Below, piece by piece: positions 11,943 through 24,260 of a DNA stretch of 64,000 nucleotides; the stretch's first letter is position 1; every line of letters starts with the position of its first letter. Origin of the DNA: Trichodelitschia bisporula. Its lineage: Eukaryota. The DNA lies in contig ML996693.1 of the NCBI GenBank assembly GCA_010356995.1, positions 310,001 through 374,000 of the forward strand, in the 5' to 3' direction. Under the pieces are notes generated by a model. It did no database searches. It was given only the letters and a program-made list of their open reading frames with translations, and was not told the origin of the DNA. The translations under genes and the position numbers were made by a program.

Positions 11943-13903
11943 CTAGTTGAGAATTAGCCTGAGGCTTTCCGAGACAGGTCCAGGCGGAGCAATGATCCGA
12001 GCGCGTTCAATGGGCGATTCCGGACGAAAGGGAGTGCGACCCTGTGAATCGACATTACCGTCGCTGGTACCCTCGACATCGGAAGTACTTGTCGAATCCT
12101 CAAAGTTTTTGCAAAGGTCGGTCAAACTCGCGGAAGTCTGGGCGGCCACCTCACGCAGCAACTGATCCTGGGCCATGCTGTTCATCTCTCGCGTCTTTGC
12201 CGCGTCCCTCGCGTTCTCAGCTCCTACCTCGTCGGAAATCAGCTTGTGTGCGGGAATGGGTTTCACATCGATGGCGCCGGACTTGGAGGTGGTGCCCTCG
12301 GGAGCGGTCTTTGAGATACGGAAGTTCAGTTTGTTGCTCGCACCCTTAGCCATGGCCGCCGCTGCCTTCTTCTTGGGCGGGGCACGCTTCTTCGTTGTTA
12401 CTGCAGGTTTGGCTGGCTGGGGTTTGGTATCCTTTGCCTTCGGAGCCCTGGGCTTCCTGGCTGCCTTCGTCTTCGTTGCCGGATTCTGCAGCTTCATAGC
12501 GATGGCTTTGGTGGTATCGCTAGTTGTCTTGCCAATAACAGTGATTGGGGTAAGTTGCGGGCTCGCGGATGGCGTCGGCTCCTGAGCCGGAAGGCTGGCC
12601 TTCTTCGGGCTGGTTGGGACAATAACCTCGAAGCCCTTGGATTCCTCCCTCGCTTTCTGGAGCTGCTCGTCGGTGACTTCCTCAAACTTCTCATTCCAGC
12701 GTCGCATCGCGGCCTGCGAGGCAACCGCGTCGCAAGGCCCACGCACAACCAAGTCCCACTCGAAGTCCTTGCTAGGCGGCGGAGGATCGTTGTTGATCCA
12801 GACGGTGACGCCGTCGCGACGGTCACGAACAATTGCACACATTTCCTTGGTTATCCGCTTGATACCCGGGACTTTGAGAGTAGTGCCGACCACGATGAGT
12901 GCATCTGGACGCGTCCGGAGATCGGCTTTGGCCACAGAGCCGATGGCTTCGTCGTCAGGGTTATGCTCATTGTAGAGGACCATGCGCGGGCGCAAACGGC
13001 CGACCCCATGCGAGCGCTTGCCGGCATACTTGGTGCGCACATCATCTGTCTCCATGCAGTTCATGCAGGCGGGCGGGACGGGGCCTTCGAAGAGGTCGGG
13101 CTGGAAAGGGAAGACTTGGTGGCATTTGGTGCACACCATCTTGTCAAGGCCTCCGTGGAGCTGGATAGTCTTCGGCCAGGGTCCCTTCTTCGGCAGCGGA
13201 ATCTGCGTCGCCAGAGGCTCAAGTCCCGTGTCGATGCCGTCCACATTCTGAGAGTAAAGGCGCAAGAGACGGCCTTCGGCGGCGAGAGTTGCAAGCAGAT
13301 GGTGAAAGGGTGTCGGCTTCGCTTCTTTGGTGGCCTTGGCGAGGTTGCGCACCATGTCGTGGAAGGTGGAGGTGGAATCGTCGTCCTTGTAGACCGACGC
13401 GTCGAATAAATCCTGGCCCGACGACTTCAGGTTGTGCTGGCTCTTCAAGCTCTTAAACAGGCCAGTGGCAGAGCGAAAGTCAGGAACTGCAAGAGGTGAT
13501 TAGTTGGTGGGAAGTAAGGCCAATCGGGGAGGTACTTACTCCCAGCGGAGACTGAAATGCCCGCACCAGCAATAACCACGATTTTGCGCTTTTTGTAAAG
13601 CGCCTTCAAGAGCTTGTCCAATTGCTCCTTTTCGCCCTCATCAATCTGATCCGCGGTCAAGTCCAGCCGCTCGGTGGTGCGCGGCTTTTGGCTGACGCGT
13701 CGCTTCTTCGCGGGCGGATCGTCGTCGCGCGTGGGCGCAGGCCGCTTCTTCGAGGGCAAGGGCTCGGGAGCAGGAGTACTTTTCAGTGAGGGCACCTCTG
13801 AGGCGATGGGTGTCGGATAAGACATCCCGAAATCTGATGGCGGTGTTGGAGAGCGCGACAAAAAGCTCAGCTCAGAGGAGTTGGTGTCGCTGTCGTAAGA
13901 CAT
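11943..13903 (-). CDS. HST4: NAD-dependent histone deacetylase, sirtuin Hst3/Hst4 class
   Basis: Intron 13487..13539 joins GAGISVSAG-IPDFRS. Motifs YSQNVDG, LHG and CxxC...CxxC zinc site, LRPRMVLYNE, VGTTLKVPG. An alternative in-frame ATG lies at 14056. Confidence 0.9.
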
Positions 13904-14714
13904 GGTGGTGGTGGTGGTTGTAGAGATGGAGGTGGTTTGGGTAGAGTCGTTTGGAGAAGTCGACACCACGTCGCGGCTAAACGGGTCAGAATAATCCGGC
14001 GACGGTGGGCGGTCTGTGCACGGTGTGCTGAAGAGTAAAGATGGCAGGTACAACATGGGAGTTGTGTTGTGTCGTTGACGAGGAAGGAATGAGGGGAAAG
14101 TGGTGGGTGGTGGAGGATATTGGGGGTTGGAGAGGGAAGAGTGCAAGCCGAAGGGACGGGGCGGAGAGTGAGGTTGTTGGCACCGGGAGGGGGGGGTGAG
14201 CGGATAAAGTGACGGGGGTGGATGAGGAGAACGACTTGGAACAATTCACCAAGGTAGGCGCGCTTGCGAGGGAGAACCTTTCGGCTTCACTCTTCTCCTC
14301 CCCTTAACTCTTCCCTTACCTGTTTCTCAGCGTTTCGATCTTCCGTATCTTCCTCGCTTTCTTCGTTCCTCGGTCGCTTAAACGTCACTCGTCAGGGCGC
14401 GTCTCGCGGATTGTGGCTTGCCCATGTTTACATCCTTCCCCCATCTCGCAACTCACAGTCCTCCCATGGCCTTCTTCCTCTCCCTTCCCACAAGGGAAGC
14501 TGGGAGCCATTGTTTTGGTTTTCGGGCCACTGACTAGTCTCCCGGATGAGCTGGCCGAGCTCGGCTTTCGTGATTGATGCTTTGCTGCGCGCGCCTTGTT
14601 TACCGTACACCGACGCCTTGTCGCTGCCGGCCTCCTCTGCAGTCGTTTCTCCAATATTTCCATCGCATCCATTTCAGACAGCTCTGGTTCAATAATCCCC
14701 CCTGCAACATCTAC

Positions 14715-14990
14715 ACTGACGAAGACGCTCTCTTTTGGTCACTCACTGCGATGTACTCTCCAGTTTAAAGGTTCGGGCCCACCGGCAAGACCCCTTTTGC
14801 TTCGCACTCCCAAAGCCCAGAACCGTTTGGACTTGAAATGTCGCAACCGCAGTGTGGAGGATTTTGAGCCGTCACGCAAGAGACAGATGGTATCTAGCTT
14901 TTTCTCTTTTTCGCTTGGCTTTGAGAGGATTTGTCCTCCTTCAGGGTGTCTTTCTACTGCATCATTAACACGGACTGTTGTTATAAAGAA
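14715..14990 (+). ncRNA. Structured non-coding RNA candidate (Afu_182-like by recollection)
   Basis: Several complementary segments are visible: 14721-30/14944-53, 14744-50/14848-54, 14762-69/14826-33, 14807-20/14914-27, and hairpin 14925-38. An A-rich tract follows. Strand, ends and the family name are inferred, not verified by a covariance search. Confidence 0.55.
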
Positions 14991-15474
14991 AAACGTTCTA
15001 GTGAGCACAAAGAAAAATATAAAATGAAGCTCTATCGTGTCGTTTCTTAGCTATATTTCTATACGCGTGAATGCGACAACGTCTATATTTGAGCGATCGT
15101 CAGGTCGTTCAACGTGGTGGAGGTTCGAATGGTGTATCGGGAGGGTTTGCGCCGCGGCGGGCGCGTTACCGCATACGTGGAGCACTTTCGCCGCTGATTC
15201 GTCGAAGCTCCCCCCACCAGCGGAAGGCTTTCCGGGGTGTTGGGATATCTTGGCAATCCTTGCCCCTTGGCGTCTCCATGTTCCACTACCTGTTACTGCC
15301 TCAGGCGAGGGATCGATGTGATGTTCAGGCACAACTTTTGCCCAGGCGAGATCAGACGGACTCAGACAGCAGATGCCATCCGGTCCATGAAGTGCATGCT
15401 CGCATTCTGATTCTGAACTTCACCCTTTTCTTCCCATCCAATGCCAATAAGACTAGCAGTTTCCCGCCGTCACC

Positions 15475-18400
15475 ATGGAGGACGATGACCAGTATATGAA
15501 GGATCTTTTTGGCGACCCAGAACAAGTCGCCATTACCGCTCCGCCAACTGTCAAGGGCCTTAATCAGCGTCTTGATGAACTTCTTGCGTCGGGATGCTGC
15601 CAGTGAGTTCGATTTCCCTTGCGTAGCGATGAAGGCGATCGGGACGGCTGACCCTCGCAGGAAAATCGCCTGGTCAGGCTTCGGATGTATCGCAGCAGTA
15701 GGGGAATCGGGTCGCAGTGTCGAGCTCTACACCCTCATTCGGAATCAGAAAACCGGTTCTTGGAACCTTAGCAAGCCTGGCACGTTGCAATGGCCGTCCG
15801 AGATGGAGCCCCCACATGTCGCTCACATCACGTGGAGCCACATGGGCAACGACCTAACCGTCGTTGACGATTCGGGTCGCATGTTGATCTACTCCAATGG
15901 CTTCGCCCTGGGCCAGATGATGCCCGTACGCATACCCACCATGTCTGAACCGGTAGGCGAAATGAATGCGTTGGTCGGCCTGCACTGGCTCCCTGTGTTT
16001 CCCCATACGCAAAAGGTAGGTCCTATGCATCTAGGCATGTCTCGTGTCTGACAAACCAGTCCGCTATCTACTGGTCTGCTACGCGTACGGACGAGAAATG
16101 GAACTACAAAATGTCCCATCATTTGTCACCAGGGCCCTACAATCCTGTGGATGGAAAGTCGGCACTAATTTGCCTGAACAGAAGCGGAGTTCTCCGCCTG
16201 GTATATCAACAAAGGGATAACACCTGGCTCGAGACGACGGAAGAACTTGAAGAGCCCCCTGTTGGCGTCGGAAACTCATTTACTCATGCCTCATTTGCCC
16301 CTGATGTCGGTGAGTAGCTCTCGATGCTCTCTTATCTGTGCTGAGAATTCAGACAACTCCCTCTTGCTTGCTACATACGACGCATCTAATCTTTTACGGC
16401 TCTACCGCATCAACATCAACTGGAACCAGGAGCCTGATCCTATGGATGGCCACCAGGTTTCGGCGAGCCCTTCTCTTCATTTCACACCACTACTTGTCGA
16501 GGACGCCTGCTTTACTGGGAATACGAACTCCGTGGGCAATGGCCTAGATGAGCCCGTATCATACAATCTCACGCATCTCGAAGTTGTCCCAGTTTCACCG
16601 GAGTTAGCTGGGCGGATTCCTACCCATCCCATGATAATTGGGATATTTACAGCCGTTCCACCACCTTCCGGGCTTGTTCTTGACCCGGCACATCAGCATC
16701 AGCAGCCAACTAGCGTCATACGACAATGGCATTTTTTGAAGGGATTTCAGAATCGCCTACATTCCTGTTTTGACCAGCTGGCGATCAAGAAGAGACCGAC
16801 CTCCTCGGTAGACCCAAGGGTTTGTAGCCTCAATCATACTCTCGCAAAGCTGACCAGGCGGGTAGCCTGGATTCCGCTTGAAGCGGCAGCCAGATGTCGT
16901 GCTGCATTCCGCTGTACTGTCCATACTACCAACTCGGAGCAGCACCATGTTCATCATTTCGCTGAGCGATGGTTCGATTCATTTCAGGCATCGAGATACC
17001 ATGGAAGTGGTTGAGGCCGATGATAATGAAAACGAAGTCCATACGATGCCTCAAAGCGGATTTGTGTTCCCTAATGCTGACCCATGTAAGGGATTTGAAT
17101 GACAGCCCGGCTAAACTTACGCCTGTAGGTTTGCATCTTGCCTTCTCCCCAAATGCCCTCGCGGTAGCTATCCGGAAACCTGACGGGACTGTCAAAATCG
17201 AAATGATGGAGTACAGTCCACGCTCACTGAAAGACATACAACTAGGCGATCGTATGTTGCGCCCCCGCCCCTCTCTGTCGCATTCGCTAACTGGGAAGCA
17301 AAACTGGGGCCGGCGGCAACCATATTAAGCCTTCAGCACGGCTCGGCTTGTATGCAGTACAAGACGACAGATGACCTTCTAGCGATTCTGCCCCCGAACC
17401 CAAGCGAAGGTAAGCTTCAAAGAGTTGGCGTCCACAATCTACTGACCCTTCGAAGCCTTTACGCACACATTCCTCACTCAAGCAATTTCATGCCTGAACA
17501 CCAACTTCGACTGGTTGTCAGATGAAAGCCAGAAGCAACTTCAACACCTCTATCGTCTTCAGAGCTTGTTCAAGTGCCTCAGCCTGCAAAGCACATTTGG
17601 CCTTACCGACAAAAGGGGCCCCCGTAAACTGGCTTCAAGGCTGGCCTGGATTACGATAAACCTCCGACTGATATCCCTGAGCGTTAGCATGAGTATACGT
17701 ACGAACGAGAACCTGCGAGCTGGTAAGCCTGTTGCCCTTGTTACTAGCTCTCGCTGACGGCATAGAAATGGCCATCACGCTCATCGGCCTCGTAAAATGG
17801 TCCCTCGATTTCCTCATCTATCTTCTTCAAGAAATCCTCCGCCTACACTACGAAATCAAACTCCAAGAGCGAGAAGGCAACCCAGGCATGGAAAAAGACG
17901 GCGTCTGGATCCAAAACTACCGTACGCAACCTCTCCCCCTCCCCTAACTCCATTAACACCCTTAGTGGAAACCCACTCCTCCCCCGCAATCCTCGTCCTC
18001 CTCGCCTCCATCCCCCGCATCCTCCTCCGCATGATGTGCCGCCCCCTCCGCCACGGTAAAGTCCACGCCCAAAACAACTTCAAAACCTGCCTCAACCCCG
18101 AGCAGCGCATGGCCTTCCAGAAACTCCTCTCGATCTACGTGTCGCCCGTCCCGATCACCGCACTCGAGCAATATCTCTCCGACGTCGACACGCAAGTCAA
18201 GAACGCGTACGCGGCCGCGGGCTTTAGCGCTGCGCAACGCGCCGATGCGGAGAGGGATATGTTCACCGCCGCGCGTATCCCGCCTGTGCTCCTCCCTGTC
18301 GTGACTTCGATGCTGACGACGAAGCTCACGGAATTGAGTAAGCATATGGATGCGGGCAAGATATACCTGCACGACGTGGCGTGGCTTAACCTGACGGATG

Positions 18401-18621
18401 ATCGGAAGACGAAGGCGTTCCATGAGAAGCAGATCATCGATGTGATTCGCAAGTTTCCCCTCGCGGCGAAGATCAAGCTGCGCCGCTGTCCGCGGTGTGC
18501 GAGCGTTATGGAGGATTTTGGGCTCCAGGGGCCGGGCCCCAATTCACAGGCGTGGTTGTGGCAGAGTCATAAGTGCTGTGTTTGTTTTGGCGCATGGACT
18601 GTGCTGGAGCCGGCGGTTTAG
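15475..18621 (+). CDS. MED16: Mediator of RNA polymerase II transcription subunit 16
   Basis: ATG 15475 (MEDDDQYMKDLFGDP...LDELLASGCCQ|KIAWS) and about 9 short introns. Motifs WSHMGNDL and FTHASFAPD. C-terminus IDVIRK...LRRCPRCAS...CCVCFGAW matches fungal Sin4/Med16. Confidence 0.88.
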
Positions 18622-18837
18622 AGGAGCTGGCTGTCGTGTTCTTGGACTTGCAGCTGATGGATGGGTGGTGGGAGCTTGAAGCGAATTTGACCACAATCAG
18701 GCCGTCGGTGTGAAGCAACTGCATATCTGAGCCCTGAATTACACCTATGCTGATATGATCGTGCCACGCACGCCGAAATGGTCCACACCAGCCATTGTAC
18801 AGACCTTATGAACAATTGGCTCCAGAATCCACACTAC

Positions 18838-20263
18838 CTATGCCTCGGCCGCATCGCCCTCCCTCTTAGACCATTCAGCCAGCCGCTTCAGCCGCGCTTG
18901 CTGCTCCTCTTCGTCTTCCTCGAACGCATGCCCGCCGCCGCCGCTTTTCTTGAACCGTTCGGTGCCATCTGAAATGTATGCAACAACTTGGCGGCCATCG
19001 AAATGGCGGCCGCTCATCATAAGCACGCATGCTTGCGCCGCCTCGACAGTACCAAACCGCACCGTGACCACGCCAGCCGGTTCCTTATCATACAGTACCA
19101 CATTCGTGACCGCGCCCAATTTTGAGCACTCGTCACGAATATCATCTTTGATGTCGAGAAGCGCAGCAGGGTCATCGGCGAGCTCCTGCAGGGTGAACAT
19201 GTGCTTCAAAATCACGACCTTTTCCCACTTGGAGTTTGGTTCGGGAAGGGTTGAGGGTTCATCATCAGACCAGTCGGCTAACTTGCTGCTCCGGTGTTAG
19301 CGAGACAGTGTACGAGAGAATACATACCTGTTCAGCTCCTGGGTGCGGCGGATGATCTTCTTCTGATCACGCTTGTTGGGCTGCTCCGGAGCGTCCTTGA
19401 CCTTCTTATATGATTTCTCCGCCTCTCTGACGCGCATATGCCCCGCAGGATTATGCTCGCCGAGACGGAACTCAGTATCATCCAGCATCTGGATGGCGAG
19501 GGGCACGGACTCGGGACGAAAGTAGACGACAAGCGCGTCACCCTTGGGATTGCCCTGCTCGTCAAGGTAGAGCTTGACGCGCGGCTGCCCGGAGTCGACT
19601 TCCTGGGCGATGATACCGTAGCGCGAAAACGTCTCGACGACTTCCTCGACCGTGACATCGGGGGGGAGTGAGGTGACGTAGACGGCGCAGTTCTTGCGCT
19701 CAGCGCGAGGCTTGTCGTTGTTGCGCGGCTTTTTGTTCTTGCCCGTTGGGTCCTACGGCCACAGCCTCAGACGTGCAGATACAAGTACGAGAGAGAGACT
19801 TACATCCGACCCGGCTTCCTTTTCGCGCTCCTCCCGCTCCTTGCGCTTCTTCTTCCTCAGCGTCTCCGCCGGCGTAGACTCATCTACGCCGGGTACGGCG
19901 TACGCCTTTCTCTGCTGCTCCACCAATGCCTCGTCCAGCTGTATAGCGCGGCAACGACGACGCCAGCAATTAGACACTGCTCAAAGCAATCCAAATGGGT
20001 AGGTACAGCGCGTCGCACAGGTAATGGGACGGGCGTAGATGAGAGGGCGCGCAGGCGCTGAGCGCGTTCGCGCGTCTCGTACCAAGAAAGGGTCAAAGGC
20101 GTACCGTGGGCACCCATTTCCCCACCCCTTCGACGAACTCCCACTCCGACCCGTCTTCATCCTCCAATATCCATTTTTCGTCCGCCTTGGACCATGACAC
20201 TCGTGGGTCTTGCGTAAAGTCTTCGCGCGCTTGGGGGAACGGGACACGCGCTGATTCGGCCAT
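18838..20263 (-). CDS. CUS2: U2 snRNP-associated splicing factor Tat-SF1/Cus2/Uap2 (RRM + UHM)
   Basis: ATG 20263 and three introns. RRM (AVYVTSLP...KGDALVVYFRPESV) and UHM (VVILKHMFTLQEL...DIRDECSKLG...GRHFDGRQV). Confidence 0.88.
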
Positions 20264-21124
20264 GGCTTCAGGACCCGATAGCGAGGGGAGCTGAATACGA
20301 CGACAGATGGTTTTGCGTAGTTTGAGAATCTACGAGACTTGTTAGTTGCTTAAGAATCGATTACCAGTGCTGGAAAATGATCCAGCAATGCCAGCAAAAC
20401 GACCGACACGTCGAACGTTACCTTGCACAGGAGTGAAAGGTGTATGATGAACGTACCAAAGTCTTGAACTTCAATGAAGATGAGCGAGAGGAGAACAGAA
20501 GAGAAAGTATGGAGTGTACATCCGTACTGGAGTGCGTTGCAGAAGGCAAAGTTAACTTTGAGCCCAGTGAATGAGGTCAGGGAGGACTTCGTGGAGGCCC
20601 GTGCTTACGACCGGGGTTAACTTGCCGCCCGTGATGCTCGCGCAAGGCTGTAGATTGGGGAGCCTTGTTGACAAATTGCACATCATTTCACTGACATAGT
20701 TCCAGAGTTTCTCAACAGATAACGCACACGCACTCGCCTCAGAAGCACGAAGTGCGAGATACCCATCTTCTTGATGCCCACATCATGTATTGCTCCAATG
20801 CCTTGAAGGCCATAAATCACGCTAGCTAACCCTTACTTTCTTGATATCGGATCTTGCAAAAGTTCAACTTATAGGCTTTAACTTACAAACGATAACTCAC
20901 AGAGTATAACTCACAGGCTCGAGCTCACAGACTGCAAGTCACCGAAACATGGGTATAGAAGCCCCGCGAAGTTCGCCATCCGCAGCATGACCACCAACAC
21001 CATTAAGCAAGCCAGCTCCAACAGTACACGCGAACGAAAGATGTCTTGAACAACACTCGGCGCTCTCAACACCCGGCGCTCAACAGCACAGCGAGAAAAA
21101 TATCACCACCGAACAACCGCAACC

Positions 21125-21313
21125 ATGTGTCACTACAGACAAGAACAGTGGAGTGAATGCGGGCATGAAGGACCGGGCAGCCGCTTTATAAGTATCTGCC
21201 CGCTCGGCGAGATGTACAATTGCCCAGATCTCGAGTACGAGATGGTTCAGGTCCCGGGTCATTGTGGGTGTTTATACCCATCACCCCCTCCATCGCGCTC
21301 TTATCGCCATTAA
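21125..21313 (+). CDS. Small Cys-rich hypothetical protein (62 aa)
   Basis: ATG in a good fungal context (CAACCATG) after a CA-rich leader. The MC-x9-CGH...C...C...CGC pattern resembles a common class of small fungal Cys proteins. Confidence 0.55.
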   Translation: MCHYRQEQWSECGHEGPGSRFISICPLGEMYNCPDLEYEMVQVPGHCGCLYPSPPPSRSYRH

Positions 21314-21635
21314 AGAGGGAATGGGAGCTCTCATCGCTACCGTCTGGTGAATGGCACAGCGACCGCTCTCTCGGGAAAGACCGGCAGTTGTCCAGGAGAC
21401 GATAGGCCTGACGGCGTTTGAACTTGTTAGCCTAGCGTCGGATAACCAAGACTTAACGCCAGACCGTATATGTCGAATATTTGGATGCCCGAGTAGTAAT
21501 TCACACAGTCACTGCTGTACAGATAAACCATTAAGCTCAATTGCTGAACCAAGATGTGAGGGTTTGAATTTCAAGGTGCATTTGCTAGTTCTACCACAGG
21601 TGTATTAACAAGCTCCGCTAGAAATACGCACCAAC

Positions 21636-23387
21636 CTAACGTCGCAGCTCTTCAGGATCACAAGTCGTTACAGCCGCTCCATTCACCGCATCGCTCGGAG
21701 CCTTCGCAAGCAACTCTACGAGTGGACGGTTGTCGGAGCCAAACACACTGTCGGCATCCCCAGTGGGCAGCTCGACAGTCGTGATTACGGAATTTCCCAC
21801 CGTCGCAACAACGGCTGTATCCTCATTTGAGTCTGTCGATTTCCAGCCACCGGGCATCCCTCCGCTACGTTCCATCCCAGCGCTCTCGGGTCCATCCACC
21901 TGACGAACTTCGGAAAAGGTGAGGTCGTGTTGTGGAGCTCGTTGGATATTTTCCACATCCTCTGGCGAGGTACCCGATACAGGTGCGACAGCCCCCGGGG
22001 GCGCACTGATACTCTCAACGCTGGGAGTGCCCGGTGGGTGTAGGAAACCCGTGCGATGCGCGCCGCTCTTGCTCCTCGGGCTCGCACTCCCGAATATCGC
22101 ACTTGCTGGTACCTCGACCAGCTCATTGGTGGGGGAGGCAATGAGACGCGTTTGAAAGTCGACGTCGGAGGCTACGACAATGCGATTGTGGGTGCTTGTG
22201 TTGCCCACTTTAGTGATGTCTGTTTGCAACGGCCGTGCTCCGCGCGATATGGATGGTACGGCCCAGCGGTTGACGGTGTATACTTCTACGGGAGGTGGTC
22301 CGTCCGCAGTCTCACAAGGGTTGAAAATCAGGGGGGAGGATGAGGCCTGTTGGTGGTGTGCTGACAGTGTTCGTGCAGGGTCAAAATCGATGGGCCCAAA
22401 GGCGTCGTCTGAGGGGAGGGTGATTAAGGGAGGACAGATTGAGGACCGACGACGATCTTTGAGACTTTCGCTACCGAAGCCATCTGAAGTGTAGCCGCCC
22501 TGGACAATGGCATCGCCGTCGACATGTTGCCCAATGGGGCCATCATGAACCTTGCGTCCGAGAAGATCGGGCGTGGGAGAAAGGCGCTCGTTTGGCTTCT
22601 TTTCACTATCTTCGCTCGACTCCTTTTGTTCATGTAACGGCTGCGTCGACAGCGCGTACCCACTGCGGCTGGTCGTGACGTTCTCAGGCAGGTGGCAGAC
22701 CGAATGACGGCGCGAGCCAGCGCTGGCGTCCAGTGAAACGCGTCGAATTTTGTCCGTTCCAGGAGCGGTCACCTCTCTGACGAAAGGCGGCCGCCGCTGA
22801 CCTTTGTCTACCGAACTTCTGGTCATCGAATGGTAACCTGAAGCATCATCCAGAATGGGCACGTAGCGCGTTTCGGAGGGCGTCGTCGCCGGGGAAAAGC
22901 CGATACGACCGAGCACAAGGTTCCGGTCGGCGACATCCTCGCTGAAGCGCTTGCGGCTAGGATCCGTCATGAGCCGGTCGTCTCCGCCCAGCGTTAGGTG
23001 CTCCAATTCGGCCGATAAGTCGGCGCCCGTTGATTTGAGATGTAGCAAGGGCTCAAAGTCACCAATGAAGGGTTTGGAACCTGGAGATACCGGGCGTTGA
23101 AAGCTCACCAAAGCGCTGTGCTGGGGTCGCTCAGTGCTCGCGAGCGAGCTGCTGCGCTGCGGGGAAATGCTCGCCGCTCCTGGACTGGCATTGTCGGGGC
23201 TGGAGCTTTCATGGGCCGTCCGATCATCCTGGCGTTCCGGGCTGAAGTCGTCGGCCGAGTAGGCTGCTGCGGCAGAGGTGAGATCCTGGGATTTGTGCTG
23301 TCGGATGCTCAGCTTTAGCTTCGGCTTTGATGAGGATTGCTTCGAGCTGTTCCTCCGAAAGAGGCTCTTGATTCGGCGCTCCATCAT
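21636..23387 (-). CDS. Hypothetical Ser/Pro-rich protein with SEDVADRN motif
   Basis: Uninterrupted 583-aa ORF, mostly low complexity, containing FSEDVADRN. Confidence 0.7.
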   Translation of the reverse strand: MMERRIKSLFRRNSSKQSSSKPKLKLSIRQHKSQDLTSAAAAYSADDFSPERQDDRTAHESSSPDNASPGAASISPQRSSSLASTERPQHSALVSFQRPVSPGSKPFIGDFEPLLHLKSTGADLSAELEHLTLGGDDRLMTDPSRKRFSEDVADRNLVLGRIGFSPATTPSETRYVPILDDASGYHSMTRSSVDKGQRRPPFVREVTAPGTDKIRRVSLDASAGSRRHSVCHLPENVTTSRSGYALSTQPLHEQKESSEDSEKKPNERLSPTPDLLGRKVHDGPIGQHVDGDAIVQGGYTSDGFGSESLKDRRRSSICPPLITLPSDDAFGPIDFDPARTLSAHHQQASSSPLIFNPCETADGPPPVEVYTVNRWAVPSISRGARPLQTDITKVGNTSTHNRIVVASDVDFQTRLIASPTNELVEVPASAIFGSASPRSKSGAHRTGFLHPPGTPSVESISAPPGAVAPVSGTSPEDVENIQRAPQHDLTFSEVRQVDGPESAGMERSGGMPGGWKSTDSNEDTAVVATVGNSVITTVELPTGDADSVFGSDNRPLVELLAKAPSDAVNGAAVTTCDPEELRR

Positions 23388-24260
23388 AACGAAGGTTGAA
23401 CGACGAGTAGGTGATATGAATGACGGAGAAACTGAACCCTAACAGAGCGGACGTTGCGGAGTGTCAGGTCAGTTAGCAGTAGGTGTGGAAGCATGCGCGA
23501 TAGAGATGGCGATGGGCAGATTGAGAGCTACCGTTCCTTCCTCTTGGTTCCCCTTCCGCAGCTTCCCTTCTGCAAAAGGGGACGGGCATTGTCGGGGTGG
23601 GTGTCAACAGACATGGCTGGCGCGCTAGTTGCGGGTCTCCCACGAGTTGAAGCTGTAGGTACCACAGTAAGCTGATCCGTGACAGCTGCAACTCTCTACA
23701 CTCTGCCTTTCTGTATGATGTGGTAGGGGTTGTGGGGATTATGTGGGGAAGGGGGGAGGGCAGGCAGTTGGCCAGACCTCAAAACGTGTCGTCGACCCAA
23801 CATCATCGCTTAGGCGCGGAGATCCCACTGGACGATCACATGACCATGATGGACATCATCCACAACATGAGGGCGGGGCTTCATGCTTCGGAAGATCATT
23901 CTGTCTTTTAAAGCATCCACCTTGTTTGTTTATTTTCGTAGCATTATGCTATGAAGTTTATATGTGGTGGGTACGTCCCCACGATCACTTCATTCTGATC
24001 AGCCTAGCGCTCCATCAGGCTGGAGCCGGCCTCGAGCCATCACTACTTCCATGATGGTTCATGACGAAAGGAATCATTACCCATTTTCCTGTTACGTCTT
24101 TGAGCCGTTGGCCAGAAATACTTCTTTTTATCTATAATGAGTTCATGAATTTCCCTTCCCGATTCTAATTCGATTCCACCTCACTATTACCTGTTGCGGA
24201 TATTCACGCGAGACTATCCATTTCGACTGACCCCGTATCTCAAATTCAAGACGGAGCACC

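Noticed and set aside
14264..14990. Telomerase RNA interpretation of the structured element (P6.1-like GAGGATTTGTCCTC hairpin, U-rich pseudoknot)
   Set aside because: No TTAGGG-complementary template (AACCCTAA) found in the HST4-MED16 interval.
14596..15027. 143-aa ORF (TTG start) over the structured element
   Set aside because: No upstream ATG or recognisable domain. Better explained as a shadow ORF on the base-paired non-coding element.
23435..23443. AACCCTAAC telomere-template-like 9-mer
   Set aside because: It lies 48 bp from a start codon in a short divergent promoter, with no room for a ~2-kb telomerase RNA. Likely chance.
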